From Curvularia clavata (Eukaryota), in NCBI GenBank assembly GCA_023920165.1, contig CP089278.1, positions 1 to 64,000 on the forward strand: a stretch of DNA of 64,000 bases, written 5' to 3'. The notes beneath the pieces were generated by a model. That model saw nothing but the letters and a program-made list of their open reading frames with translations. It was not told the DNA's origin and made no database searches. Shown here one piece after another: positions 38,179-50,353 of this stretch. A program made the translations under genes and the position numbers. How positions within the stretch are numbered: the stretch's first letter is position 1; every line of letters starts with the position of its first letter.

Positions 38179-39222
38179 ATGGCCAAACCAAAAGTCCTAG
38201 TTGTCGGTTGTGGTGCGACAGGCATTACCCACGGTTACTATTTTTCTGCTGGAAATGAAGTGACTTTCCTCGTTCGGCCTGGTCGGAAGTCTGCCTACGC
38301 TCCACCAAAGAAGCTCTACAACTACGAGGAAGACGCACTGCATACCTTCTCCGACTATCGGATCATCGAGTCAACAGCCGAAGTACAAGGCACAGAGTTC
38401 GACCTTGTATTCAACACACTTGATATGCATATTGCACGCTCCAAAAGTGGTGCTGCTACGCTGCGCTCTGTTGGCGATATGATCCATAAAACATCATCGT
38501 TTGTTGTTCACAATGTCGCTGGTCCCGGGATGCGAGACTATTACGCAGACATAATGGGAATTCCAAAGGACAGACACCTTGTCGCACTCAGTATGCTCGC
38601 TCACCAGCCAACAACTAAGATCTCCTTCCCAGAACGTGCGGAGAGGAGCATAATCACCCAGGCGGACATGCTATACAGACCTCATGCCGGAGGCATAGGA
38701 CTCGTAGTGTTCAAGTCCAACGCGCACCTCGCCAAAACACTATCAAAGGTTTATTCTCACGATGACAATCTCAAAGTGTTGATTGTACCTGGATTCCTTG
38801 AAGTAGGCGTAGACGTATTCATGGTACAGCTTGCTGCGTGGTTCATCGATGGCTTCCGCCCGTTTGATCAGTTTCGTACAAACACAATACTTTGGACGCT
38901 CATGATGCGTGCTCAAAGCGAAGTCTTATGCTTGCCTAAACTTGGCTGGCTCGGCTGGGTGCTATCATGGTTACTTGGGTCACGGGTTACTGAGAAGTAC
39001 CTTTTTCCGCTTTTGGCAGATCCGATGGCACCTCTGCCGATGCATGAGTTTCAATCTTTTCATCATGGAGGCAAGGTATTACAGCAGGACCTAGAGTACA
39101 TAATGGGCTTGGTAAAGGAGGGTAAAGAGTCAGGAAGGGAGATGTCAGCGCTCGAGGAGTTAGCAACTAAAGTAGAGGCGAAAGTGAGATTGAGAGTAAG
39201 CGAGGAGAGGAAGAAACTATGA
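38179..39222 (+). CDS. Ketopantoate reductase-like Rossmann-fold protein
   Basis: Intronless 347 aa; KVLVVGCGATG..G.....GNEVTFLVRPGR; C-terminal FHHGGKV. Confidence 0.7.
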   Translation: MAKPKVLVVGCGATGITHGYYFSAGNEVTFLVRPGRKSAYAPPKKLYNYEEDALHTFSDYRIIESTAEVQGTEFDLVFNTLDMHIARSKSGAATLRSVGDMIHKTSSFVVHNVAGPGMRDYYADIMGIPKDRHLVALSMLAHQPTTKISFPERAERSIITQADMLYRPHAGGIGLVVFKSNAHLAKTLSKVYSHDDNLKVLIVPGFLEVGVDVFMVQLAAWFIDGFRPFDQFRTNTILWTLMMRAQSEVLCLPKLGWLGWVLSWLLGSRVTEKYLFPLLADPMAPLPMHEFQSFHHGGKVLQQDLEYIMGLVKEGKESGREMSALEELATKVEAKVRLRVSEERKKL

Positions 39223-39579
39223 ACGGAAAAGTAGTTATTTAGATTATCGTTGTGCCTGGGAGAAGCCTGAGATCTCCCTATTAGTTTGTCAGATTGTGAT
39301 GTTTTCAAGAACAGAATGCTTGCGATATTCTTGATAACTGTAGGAGTTGAATATCTTTTGAACAAATGGAGTTGCATTGAGAGGACTGATCCAGATCATC
39401 TGATTTCTAAAGTCAGTAAATGAATCAGAGCTATGTACTTCTCTACCTAGACTAGCCCTAATGCAGACACCATGTGATCCTAGCCCGATCCATTTATCTT
39501 AGGGCCTGTTCGGTGAAGCAACAGTTTCAGTTTCAGCTTCTGCAAGCAGTTAGTAACTGGAGCCGAAACTGCAACTAGA

Positions 39580-39786
39580 TGTTAAACTGCCAGCTCAATG
39601 GTGGCACAGCACGAGATGAACGAGAAAAAACTTTGCATTAACAGTCGTACATTCACGAGACGAATCGCTAGAGATCCTTCCTAGCGATTACTGAGTCTTT
39701 ATAGTCTAAGTTCTACCCTTAATGACTGACGTGGTGAAAGCTAAGGTAGACAGGGCTGAATTAGTCCAAAATGGGCCAGTTCCTGA
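39580..39786 (-). mobile_element. Solo LTR related to the Gypsy LTRs, inside a MITE-like relic
   Basis: Shares CACAGCACGAGAT, TTCACGAGACGAATCGCT, TTTATAG and CCAAAATGGGCC with the family. Confidence 0.8.
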
Positions 39787-40180
39787 ACAGATTCTACTGT
39801 TACACTTGCTATAGCTAGCTTTTAAACTGTACTCCCTTAAAAGTTGTTGTTTAACAAGTTCAATACTTTGTTCTTCTATTCCAGATCGGATTAATCCTCT
39901 TTGCTACTAATCAAGTCTCTATAGCTATTTCCAGTAGAATTACTCTGCAATCGCACGGCTTACCATTGACCTGCTGACTCGCCCTAACCCGGATTGAGTA
40001 CTAGAGAAGTATAGCCCAACCCCGTGTAACACAGAGGTCAGTTCTCACGGATAAAGCAATAGTATATTATGATTAAGAATTCTATAGTTAACTGTTGTTT
40101 TTCCTGACACCCTTGGCTCTATGTAGCTTATATTAATAGTATCTCAAGCTCAGGGTAATCTCTTGTACGAATGTCCTCCA

Positions 40181-42136
40181 TTAATAAGTAAAGTTTTCAG
40201 AAACGACAGACTGTCCAGCCAACCAGATCAACAAAGTCTTGGAAAGTTCAGCGCCTGTGCAGAGGTAGTATTTGGTGTTGCGTCCAGCGACGCTGCTCGG
40301 CGCCAGCACATCAGGCTCACTCATCCTGCGTGCCACGATCTGTGCTCCCATGTTCTTTACTTGTTCCAGCATTGGATCAGGGGAAGCTGTCACGCCAGTG
40401 ACGAATAGTGTCGTCCTTAATGATAGACCGGTAACCCTCATAAAGGTGTCTATAGCCAAGGGCAAGTCTTTTGCTCTGAGGCTCCATAGAACGCATAAGC
40501 TAGATTCGTTTTGGGTATCGGAAGCCAGAACGGCAGCAGCCTGTGACAGGAGAGGCGTGACGCCGACTCCGGCCGCAATAAAGACTACCTGATCAAGAGA
40601 TTGCGAGTGATTCTCATTTTCTAGTACCGCTGCGCTCGAGGGCAGCAGCCGAAAGCTTTCCTCTCCACCAAAGCCCAGTACCGGCAGCTTCAGCGGTGTC
40701 CGCATGCCATGAGCCCAGAGAAACTCCGTAGCGGGGCCATGTCTACGTACCGTTATCTCCAACTGCGTCCCATCGTCCAATTGCGTCTCTTTGTCATACA
40801 AATGTGGGGGCAAGAGGTTGGTGATAGTGAAAGTACGCACATAGTCATCGTTGAGGCTCTGCGGGTTGTCGTTATTCATGTGCATGTAACCCTGGTCCAG
40901 CTCGCTACTGAAGTCGAGTGTGACATGCTGGCCAGGATGCCAGGACTTAGCAGGGATCTTCTCGCCGTTCACCACCGTCGCAGCAGTAGATGAGTGCAGG
41001 GCGAATGTGAAACGGCTGATGCTGGGTGTAATCACCTCACGCTTCAACAACTCCGCAGTGACTAATGTTGCCGCGGATGTGGTGTTCTTCAGCACGCCAG
41101 GCTCGCTAGCAAGCGCACGCACGGGTGGGGCATACGGTGACATCTCACCAAGACTGCCGCGGAACGGCAGGCCGTCGGCAATGAAGCGCGCCGCTTGGAC
41201 CCGAACCTGCAATAACATCTTGCAGTGCGGCATTACTGGGGTTGCCTGTTCTCCAAGTAGCAGTTGTGCTGTCCCTGTCATGTAGAGCACATTTGATGTT
41301 TCGAAGTCCGGAACAGCAATGCCGATCTTGGGGTTGAGATAGAGATTGCCGAGACTCTGATACAGACGGTTGCCAGAGTATTCTGGATAGACCAGGACCA
41401 CACCTCCACTGCCGTCCTCTCTGATGGCTTCATTACTGGCAATGCGTATGAATCCGGCTGGGCCACCGCGATGATTGGTGTCCATGGAGTCCCCATTAGT
41501 CGATGAAATGAAAATGAGATCTGTCTTGTGGATGAGGTCAATAGCCCCCTGAGGTAAGGGCAGTGAGTCTGAGACGAGGTGTGGCGATGGAACGTGGATT
41601 TGAACATCTCTCTTGTTGATATACTTAGGGCAATTCCCCGTGCTTTCTTGGACAGCCATGGCCAGCTGTATCTCTCCCATATTGTCGCTATGGTCTCTGG
41701 CCTCACTGGTGAGCAGTCTCCCCATGACTTTAACTCGGTCTCGGGAATTAAAGTCGATGCTAAGGCCACTCATGAGCTTTCGCTGTGTCGTAACGGGCCG
41801 TGCGGACTCGCATTGCGTAGTTGAAGCTAGTAGAGCCTGCGCAACGGGATCATACTGATGGTCGACGAGTGTACGGATCTCGAGAACACCTTTGGCAATA
41901 CGCTTCGCGAAGCCTCGCTTACCGCCCCAGATGGTGGTCCACGGGCGGTCCTCGTCATCGAGGGCGCCTAGGCTGAGGAGGTGGTTGCTGGCGATCCGGG
42001 CGCCATGGGCTGGCGGAAACTCAAGCGATGTTGGGTTGGGTCGCGAGGCGGTAGAGACTCCGAGCATTTCTTGTATGGTCCGCTCCCCTGAGTGCCAACC
42101 AAAAGCTGATCGGCCTGGAAGGGGTGATGCTGCCAT
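40181..42136 (-). CDS. Oxidoreductase: pyridoxamine-5'-phosphate oxidase-like domains fused to an FNR-type FAD/NAD-binding domain
   Basis: 651 aa, intronless; WHSGE, GNCPKYI, NHRGGPAGF, YSGNRLYQSLGN, VRTFTI, AAGVGVTP. Confidence 0.85.
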   Translation of the reverse strand: MAASPLPGRSAFGWHSGERTIQEMLGVSTASRPNPTSLEFPPAHGARIASNHLLSLGALDDEDRPWTTIWGGKRGFAKRIAKGVLEIRTLVDHQYDPVAQALLASTTQCESARPVTTQRKLMSGLSIDFNSRDRVKVMGRLLTSEARDHSDNMGEIQLAMAVQESTGNCPKYINKRDVQIHVPSPHLVSDSLPLPQGAIDLIHKTDLIFISSTNGDSMDTNHRGGPAGFIRIASNEAIREDGSGGVVLVYPEYSGNRLYQSLGNLYLNPKIGIAVPDFETSNVLYMTGTAQLLLGEQATPVMPHCKMLLQVRVQAARFIADGLPFRGSLGEMSPYAPPVRALASEPGVLKNTTSAATLVTAELLKREVITPSISRFTFALHSSTAATVVNGEKIPAKSWHPGQHVTLDFSSELDQGYMHMNNDNPQSLNDDYVRTFTITNLLPPHLYDKETQLDDGTQLEITVRRHGPATEFLWAHGMRTPLKLPVLGFGGEESFRLLPSSAAVLENENHSQSLDQVVFIAAGVGVTPLLSQAAAVLASDTQNESSLCVLWSLRAKDLPLAIDTFMRVTGLSLRTTLFVTGVTASPDPMLEQVKNMGAQIVARRMSEPDVLAPSSVAGRNTKYYLCTGAELSKTLLIWLAGQSVVSENFTY

Positions 42137-44042
42137 GTCTGATGATGGCTACAAAAGGTTTCTGAAAAGTAAAGTTTGAATATTGTGAGAGCAAGTTTGA
42201 ACGGTCTACTCTCCAAGACTATTCAACCGAAACAACTAAGTATAATAGCTCGGCTGAGCGAAGCAGCACGAATCGGGTGTTCTAATTCGATCAAAGTCGA
42301 TTGAGTAGAAGTGGAACGTTCTGATTAGGATGATTGGATGGAGAATATGCGATGGTATGTGCTCCTTCCCGTTCATTGTTGCAAGGTCGCCGGTACCTAC
42401 AAAGGTCATCAATCACTGAGTTTAGTGATGGCTTACATTAAGGCTAAAAGTTGTAGTACCAAGCTCCTATAGGTCTTAGCGCAATCCTCCACAGTTGTGT
42501 CTACGCCAGCAACCGCTTCCAATGACTTGTTCCATAGGACAAGTGAAGAACACTACGCCGCGACAGCAGGAAGCTGCGCAGTGAGCGCTGGAGCCACGAA
42601 CAGCTCGATGGCGTGGTTTCCCGGACAGGTACCACCTTATTCGGCTAGTTCTAGACAGGGCCAGTACGTAGTCATGATTTGGTTATGCTTAGCAATCAGA
42701 CTTCTGCGCTTATCTATACAGGATCAGTATGTGTAGTACGTTGTCTCTCCGGGTAGCCATGGCTAGCTTGATGCTGTGCAGCCGTTGATGGCGAGCATCC
42801 ACTAATAGCATATCTCGGAGCCCCACTCTGACTAAGCACGAGCATGCTGCATGCTGACAGAGCGAGAAGACTGGTAACTAGTCCTTCGAACCTACGGAGT
42901 TGTGGCATAATCTTCTGAGGTCGACTTAACACTGGAACATATTGCTCCTGCGAGATCAGAATATAGAGACCGCGTAGAAGCATACCTTAACAGGAGCAAG
43001 ATGTTGTTACTATGGTGCATGTTAATAGAGTGATGGGCTATTCTGTGGTGCGGGCTGCCTAGTCAGTCCGGACGCTAGAGCATCATGTGACAGAGAACTA
43101 CTGATATATGTCCAAGACTTGAGAGACAAGCGCCATCTTTGCACGCTGATAAGGACCAACCAGAGATGCTTTGAGTATCAAGTAAGGTCCCAGCGGTGAA
43201 AAGATGCTAAAAGATTTGTATGAGCAGTAGAGTCTTATTGGCGTAGTGACACTAACTCCAATAAGTATATCATCCTCTTGCAAGCGGTTTAGGGGCTTGG
43301 AGTACCACCAAGATGTGAGCTGACAAAATGCATACACTCCATACCCCTCACCTCAGGCATACGCTGTGTCTCATCCGTGGGAAGTTGTAATTAATACTCT
43401 TTTTAAATTTGGCGAGGAATCATCTAAACAGGTGATATGGTGGATTTTCGTAATTCCTTGTCCGAATGGAGTCTTTCCAGTGCCTATTGCAACAAGACGT
43501 GGTTCTGATCAAATCCTTCCAGGCGCGTTGGGTCGTGCCCGCATTAAGGAGAAGCAATGGAGATATGACAATGACGTTGAAATTCTGCACTCATGCAGTG
43601 GCGCCGAGCTGAATACCTAATGCTGACTGAGCCGATGGCACGGTAAACCCGACTCGTATGCAGAGAGCGCACTAAAAATTCATTTTACGAAACTTACAAG
43701 CCCTCTCCTTGACCCCATAGCTTAGTCAAAGTGTGGCAGCATCGATGAAATTTCAGTCTGGCACATGACATAGGTAATGCGCGATGACTTTAGCGTAGGC
43801 AAGCTCCCCGACACGATGGTTCGAGGCAATGCAAAGCATGTCATACAGAGCACACTATGGCGAGATTATAATCATCAGTCAGTAAACGCAGAAGATTGCA
43901 ATTTCATAATCAGGTCATGTTCCAGCCATGTATAGCACATCACATTGAACCTTCAACTATAAGTGGTTAAGAATCGATTCGATATCTGGACAATCAGCTC
44001 ATTCCAGACTCTCCATCTTGCATATTATATCCTGTCTACAAG

Positions 44043-44483
44043 ATGCCTATTTCACACGTCATGATCAAGGCTTGCGCCAGCAAGCATGCTACCGTTGTCG
44101 ACTTCTACACCCAAGCTCTACAACCTCTAGGATACGAAAAGCTCAAAAGCTTCCCAAATGGCATAACTGGCTTCGGAAAACAGTCTCCTGACTTGTGGAT
44201 CGCCATTGACCCACAAAATTCACACTCGACCATTCACTTCGCATTTCAAGCCCCGAGTAAGCACATATTGCCAAGTCAAAGTTGACGTCAAGTCTTTTTC
44301 TCCTGACCCTGCGAGATAGATTCCGCTGCAGTGGATGCTTTCTTTTCCGCGGCTTTAGTGGCAGGAGCCAAAGATAATGGGCCTCCTGGACTGAGGCTTG
44401 GTATGGATCCAAAATACTATGCGACCTTCATCTTAGATCCGGTCGGTAACAACATTGAGGTTGGCTGTATGGTCGAAGAATAA
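44043..44483 (+). CDS. Glyoxalase/bleomycin-resistance (VOC) family protein
   Basis: MPISHV..FYTQALQPLG..HFAFQAP, intron, AGAKDNGPPGLR..YYATFILDPVGNNIEV. Confidence 0.88.
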
Positions 44484-45191
44484 GAAGCTGGCTAACTGTT
44501 TGTGATGTCTTTGATCAGCTTGGTTATCGGAACCTAGCGGGGAGATATTTCTCAAACCAGCCTTAATAAGGAATATTATTCACTAAGGATGAAATAACCA
44601 CGGGTAAATCCGCACACATCAATATTAATGCATAGATTGCTAGAAAGTCTAGTGAATAGGCGAAGAATAGTTCTATGCCCGACTTTATCGTCCTTCATGC
44701 CGTGTCTATTCTAGCTGCTTCCTGTAGCATGAAGCTACCGAGACTTTTTGCAGACCCAACAAGCATCTCAGCCTATCCTCAATCTCTGACAGGATTGAGG
44801 TCAGAACCGATCGTAATGCCAGATTTCTTGGCGAATTTGCAGACCTTAATGTTGAGGATGTAGGCTACTCAGCTAATATCAGAATTTAGATCTCTAGCCG
44901 TATCCGATCTCTGGTAGAATCTAGGAACAATAGCCGTGACTAATCGACCTGAAGACATCTATCTATAACGTCTAAGCTTACGCAAGCTACTACTAGATAG
45001 ATCCTTCTAGAATCTAGCTCAGTTGATATATGTAGTAGCAAATTAGCTAGTCGATAGAAGATAGAACACATACTAAGAGCGATTTAAATAGAGTCAGTTA
45101 TAACATTCAGCGTCTCTCCCGTAGCATCTTCTCTATCGTCTAAAATCTATCGATCACGCTGCCTCTGAGCCTACGAAGAACAAGCAGTAAC

Positions 45192-45400
45192 TGTTAGGCT
45201 GTCAGTTGCATGTGGGCACAGCACAAGATGGGTAAGAGGAAACTGTGCGTAAACAGTCATATCTCAACGAGACGAATCGCTAGAGAGTCTGTCTCGCAAT
45301 TACTGAGCCTTTATAGTCTAGGTTCTACCCATGATGACTAATATGGTAAGAATTAAGGTAAGCAGGACTGGATTGGTCCAAACTGGGCCAGATCCTGACA
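45192..45400 (-). mobile_element. Solo LTR related to the Gypsy LTRs
   Basis: 209 bp, TGTTAGGCTG...GATCCTGACA; no matching TSD. Confidence 0.85.
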
Positions 45401-46442
45401 ATTATGGGCTACAATCTATTAGAAGACTGTAGAAAGCCAAAAGTTATTGTATTGCTTGGGAAGTAGGAATGATCTGGTCTAGTGGATATTCTCATAGTAG
45501 TTGGCACGTGATGTTGACAATGAGCATTGTTATAAGATACAATGTTCATTACGAACTCGGACCGATTCATTGCGGGCCTACAAATGTGGCACCATAATGA
45601 CTATCATTTCTTTATGCCGCGCCTATCCGTATGTGGAGATTACAAGTATGTGCAGGCATTCATAGATACGAAGATGCGGGGATGCGGGGATGCAGGGGTC
45701 TAACGCAGTTCGGGGTGTGGGGACGAGCTCTCGGCCGATCAGTAAACCCGGATATATCAGAACAAGCAGGCTCGCCCACTAAAACTTGTTGTCCATACTT
45801 TAAAAAATCATCACCACGGCGACTAAATCTTTTATGAAAATCAGATAGAATAAAAGCACATCGTCTAGATTTACTATATCCAAGTATACTTTAAGCAAAA
45901 TACTACTCTGCAAGACTGTAGCGGAGTGGATATTTCTAAGCGGCTTTTACACTATCGGCGTTGGGCAATTTTAAATCTGACCTTACCAATCGGCCAAAAG
46001 ACGAGCTATGGCCTCAGACGTTTCTACTGTGTATATCTCAGAACTCCCGGCGTGCGGCAAATCGATCGACTCACTTTCATCCTTCACAAGAACAAACATG
46101 CTAATGACTAGTCAGTACCAAGAATGGAAGAAATTGTTCTAGACTGGCCGATGCCTGACATAGCCTACAAACCCTAGTCTTCAATGCTGTATGATACCAG
46201 TTCGCTAAGCCTGATCTTCTCCCATTTTCAACTGCCGAGTCCGCGCGTGATAGCCTTCGGGACGTGGAGGGAAAGCCTGTGACAAACCGATGGTATAGGA
46301 TTGGTATATTTAAAAGTCTCCTGCATTTTGTTTTGATGATTATTATCACCATGTAGGTCATGCTCCTCAATGCCAGAAATCTATCCTATCCATTAAGTCA
46401 GCAACACAATCGTCCTCAATTAAGAAGTACCTGAGATTAGCT

Positions 46443-48290
46443 ATGGCTACCAGGAACCAATCTCCTCAATTCACAGACGGTGCGGCATTAGATACCGTAG
46501 AAATGAGGGTCCGCGTGCATGCAAAGACAATCATAGCAGTGGCCGTATGTCATTTCCCACGTTGAGGAAGTCGCTAGCTTACAAATCATTCCTTTGAAAA
46601 GGCTGTCTGCTTCATATCTACTGCACAACTGACAACTGTCGTCGGATCTGGCGTTCTGGCCCGAGAAATAGCTAAGTCCCTAGGAGCACCAACTCTGTTC
46701 GCATGGTTTGGATCTATTATATCAATATTAACTCTCGCAACAATTCTTCCAACCAGTCAGGCCTCCGACTACTAGAGTAGGAGGCCCTTTATCTTAGTAT
46801 CCTGCAATTTCGGTATAATTGGATCTATTATTATATCCAGGTTAAAGAACATCGCGATTTGCCTTACAGGCTTCACCCTCTATGGCGTGGCATTTTCCTG
46901 TCAGGCTCTTTGCTACGCTATCCCTTCTGAAGTCCTATATCGCAAGTACCATAGTTATAGATAGGCTTCAGTCACTATTTCGGGAGGCCTTAGCGCGATG
47001 ATTGGAATCCTAATTAGTGGTGCTTTAACGCGGTCGAGCAATGGAGACTAGCGAATCTACTGGTATATATATTTCGCACTCTATGCTTTAGAGTTTTTAG
47101 ACATCTATTTTAGATACAATCCACCACCACGAGAGCTTAAAGTTACACTCAGCACAGCACAGAAGTTCGGCAAGATAGACTAGATCGGGAGCGCTGTGAT
47201 TGCTATTAGCTTTGTCCTATTCGTAGTCGGACTATAATGGTCTGGTAATCTTTATCCTTAGAGCAACAGTCACGTTCTTAGACCTTTCATCACTGGCGTA
47301 TATATGCTTTTAGTGTTTGCCGTTTGGGAATGGAAAGGCACCAACAAAGAAATACTGCATTACAGTCTTTTTAGACACAGGAATCTCCCGCTTTCAATAC
47401 TACTCATCTTTATAGAAGGTATAGCGTTCTAGATAATAAACAATTTCTTCGTCTTTAAGCTTATTATAGTTAGTTATGTCGGTTCATTCCCTACCATCTT
47501 TCAATTTGCCGTCCTATTCGCTACTTCGATTGTTACGGCAATCCTCACTAGATTTTATATTACCTAGTCAAAGCGGGTTCGGGAGCCGCTCGTGTGCGGT
47601 TTCCTCTTACTCGCTCTATTTCCCATATTAATAGTATTTTATCGGGCAAACCTTCCAGCTGCTAATGCATACGGCTATGCGGTCGTTGGTGGTTCGAGCC
47701 TTGGGGTAATCTTAACAGCTACAATCGTAGCTGCTCAAATAAGCACCCCAGCAGATCAGATTTCTCTAAGCTCAAGCCTTCCTGCTGCCGCCCGATCTCT
47801 TGGAGGTGCCGTAGGACTAGCGATCAACAACGCGATTTTTAACAACAGCCTAGATCAGAAAATGCCTCGCATGATTGCCGAAGCTGTGCTTCCTTTGGGA
47901 CTAAATCCTAATAATCTTTCTACACTGATCGGAGCGCTTGCATCTCAGAATCAAGCCGCTATATATACTCTTCCAGGAATCACACCAGCGACAATTAATA
48001 CAGCGGTTCAAGCCTTAACGGAAGCCTACAGGCTGACCTTCAGGAACCTTTAGATTGCATCTGCATGCTTCGCGGGTGTTAGTATAATTAGTCAGTAACA
48101 CATTTCTATTTACATTTACAAAAGGAATTTCGACCAATTTCTAATCTTCGAGTTAGGCTCCGCATTGCTCACAAATCCAACGTCGGAATTCACTGAACAC
48201 ATTGATGCACCAGCAGAGACAGAGGTTTTGCATGAACAAGAAGACATTGAAAAGAGATGTAAAACTAGGATTCTTGACGTAGGAGTTTAA
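46443..48290 (+). pseudogene. TRI12-like MFS efflux transporter, RIP-inactivated
   Basis: ASDY*SRR (from DYWGRR), AIPSEVL, YNPPPREL, ID*IGS, RSLGGAVGLAINNAIF; many TAG/TAA stops. Confidence 0.85.
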
Positions 48291-48487
48291 TAACATAAGG
48301 TTCCTCACAGCTTCGCCAAACACTCGGCTTCGCTGGACATTTTTGCTAAGCCCTTATTGAGACTACTGTATTATAGCCTAGAATAGCCCACTTTAGGCCT
48401 ATATAGTATATCATAACTTACGATATGATTTAGAGACTACTTGTACTACTTCCATATATTTTTATACGTTATATCTGGTCTTATCAT

Positions 48488-48700
48488 TATTAGACTATTA
48501 GTTCGATGTTCACACAGCACGAGATGGACGAGAAAATACTATGCGTGAACAGTCGTATATTCACGAAAGAAGCCGCTAGAAATGCTTTCTAGAGATAACT
48601 GAAGCTTTATAGTCTAAGTGTAACTTTCAATAATGAATTAATAGGGTAAGAACAAGGCCAATCGGGGATGAATTGCAACAATTTGGGCCGGATTCTGACA
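48488..48700 (-). mobile_element. Solo LTR related to the Gypsy LTRs
   Basis: TATTAGACTATTAG (RIP form of TGTTAGACTGTTAG)...GGATTCTGACA. Confidence 0.82.
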
Positions 48701-48870
48701 AACAGCGCTTACGTACGCTCGTCAGTCTCTGTATTTCGCGACACAGCAGGGATACTGGGTTACGAGAGCATTTTATAGTATACAGAGGTGCAATAAAATG
48801 CAGCGCGGAAATGGAAGCCTAGCCGGTCTGCTCTGTGATAGAGCTAGGTGAGATGAAAGCTACCTGGTGC

Positions 48871-50353
48871 CTATTGGTGATTTTGCTGGTTCTGCTGGCC
48901 TTTCTGGCCCTGGCGCTGCTGTTGGCCCTGATGCTGCTGTTGGTCCTGATGCTGCTGTTGGCCCTGATGCTGCTGTTGGCCCTGATGCTGCTGTTGGCCC
49001 TGGGGCTTTCCTGAGACCTCCGCCGCGGCAGAAGACGAAGCGACCAAAGAGACAGCATTGGAGACTGTAACCAGCGTCAAACCAGCAGCAGAGGTCGTAG
49101 CCTTGGCAGCATCGGAGACTACAGCAGAGAGAGCAGTGGGGATGGCGTTGGGGGGCGCAGCATCGGAAGGCATGGTTCCATTGCCAGTTCCGTTGCCAGG
49201 CCCGCCATTGCCGCCAGCAAGAGAGTTTTCACTGTTGGCAACACCGCCGCTCTCATAGTAGGTCGCGGCCACGGCGTAGTAATCGTCGTCCGAGTGGTCA
49301 GCACTGGCATTGACGCCGATCTGGATCCAGGCGAGGAGGCCGTCTGCGGCGCTGTCACCGAGGTACACAAACTGTGGGAAGGGGTCGTAGTTCTCGTCTG
49401 TGGCGACTATAGACCACATGTCCTCGTCGTTTGTGGTGCGCTCGACTGTGTTAGTGTTATAAGGTGCGTTGGTCTCGACGTCGGTGATGAGGTCTTCGGG
49501 ATAGAACAGCTGGCCGATGTGGGTGACAGCGCCACCCTCAGTGGTGCCGTTCTCGCGGAGAGTGACGTTGGATTTGGTCAACAGATGGGTGTGGGTAGCG
49601 CGACCATCATAGTGGCCTGGGAAGATGGTCTCGAAGGCAACGACCCCGTCGTCGTCGGTCTCCTGGATGCCGCGGAGGAAGGTCGTATTGAGGCCGCCCT
49701 GTTCGAACTCGACGCCTGAGTAGACACCAGTGGCGTTGCAGTGCCACAAGTCGACGTAGAGACCGCTAGCGGGCTCGCATGTGTTGATGTCAATGTATTG
49801 CACGTCGAGGTAGAGGTCCACACCAGCTTGGCCCTCGGTGACGTCGGAGCGAAAAAGTTCGCCAAGGACGTAATAGGGTCCAGCGGTGACTTCAGGAGCG
49901 AGAATGCACGAAGTGTTTGCGGAGAAGATGGTGGCCGGGTCAGTGTTCGCTGAGTAGTCAAGCTCACCAGTCATATTGTGGTTCACGGTCTCGAAGCTTT
50001 GCAGGTCGGTAAGATCACGGCGAAGCTTCCTGGAGTCTATATGAGTCAGAACTGGCGTCGAAGTGGAAATAGAGATATAAATTGCACATACTGACTGAGA
50101 TACCGCGCTTCTCACGAAGAGTCTGCAGAGCATTGGCGCGACGCTGGACAGACCTTGCCATTAGCTCACGGTGCTTGGGGGAGTTCTCGCAGGCACTGAG
50201 GGAGCGCTTGGCGGCAGCCGTTCGCAAAGTACGAGCATGGATCTGACGCTTGATGTGTGCATGGTCGTGCTTCTCGCCTGGGTGGGCAACGGCAGCACTA
50301 AAAAGAAGGGTCGCAGTCAGCGCGATGCTGGCAGTGGAAGCGAAGTTCACCAT
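48871..50353 (-). CDS. Secreted intradiol ring-cleavage dioxygenase-like protein
   Basis: Signal peptide MVNFASTASIAL..AVAHPG; one intron; EVTAGPYYV, WHCNATGVYSG, PGHYDGRATHTH, HIGQLFY; Q/H-rich tail. Confidence 0.88.

Noticed and set aside
42490..43620. Short ORFs between the oxidoreductase and glyoxalase
   Set aside because: No recognisable domains or consistent splice structure.
20000..48700. Starship element carrying the accessory genes
   Set aside because: No DUF3435 tyrosine recombinase captain or recognisable boundaries seen in the window.
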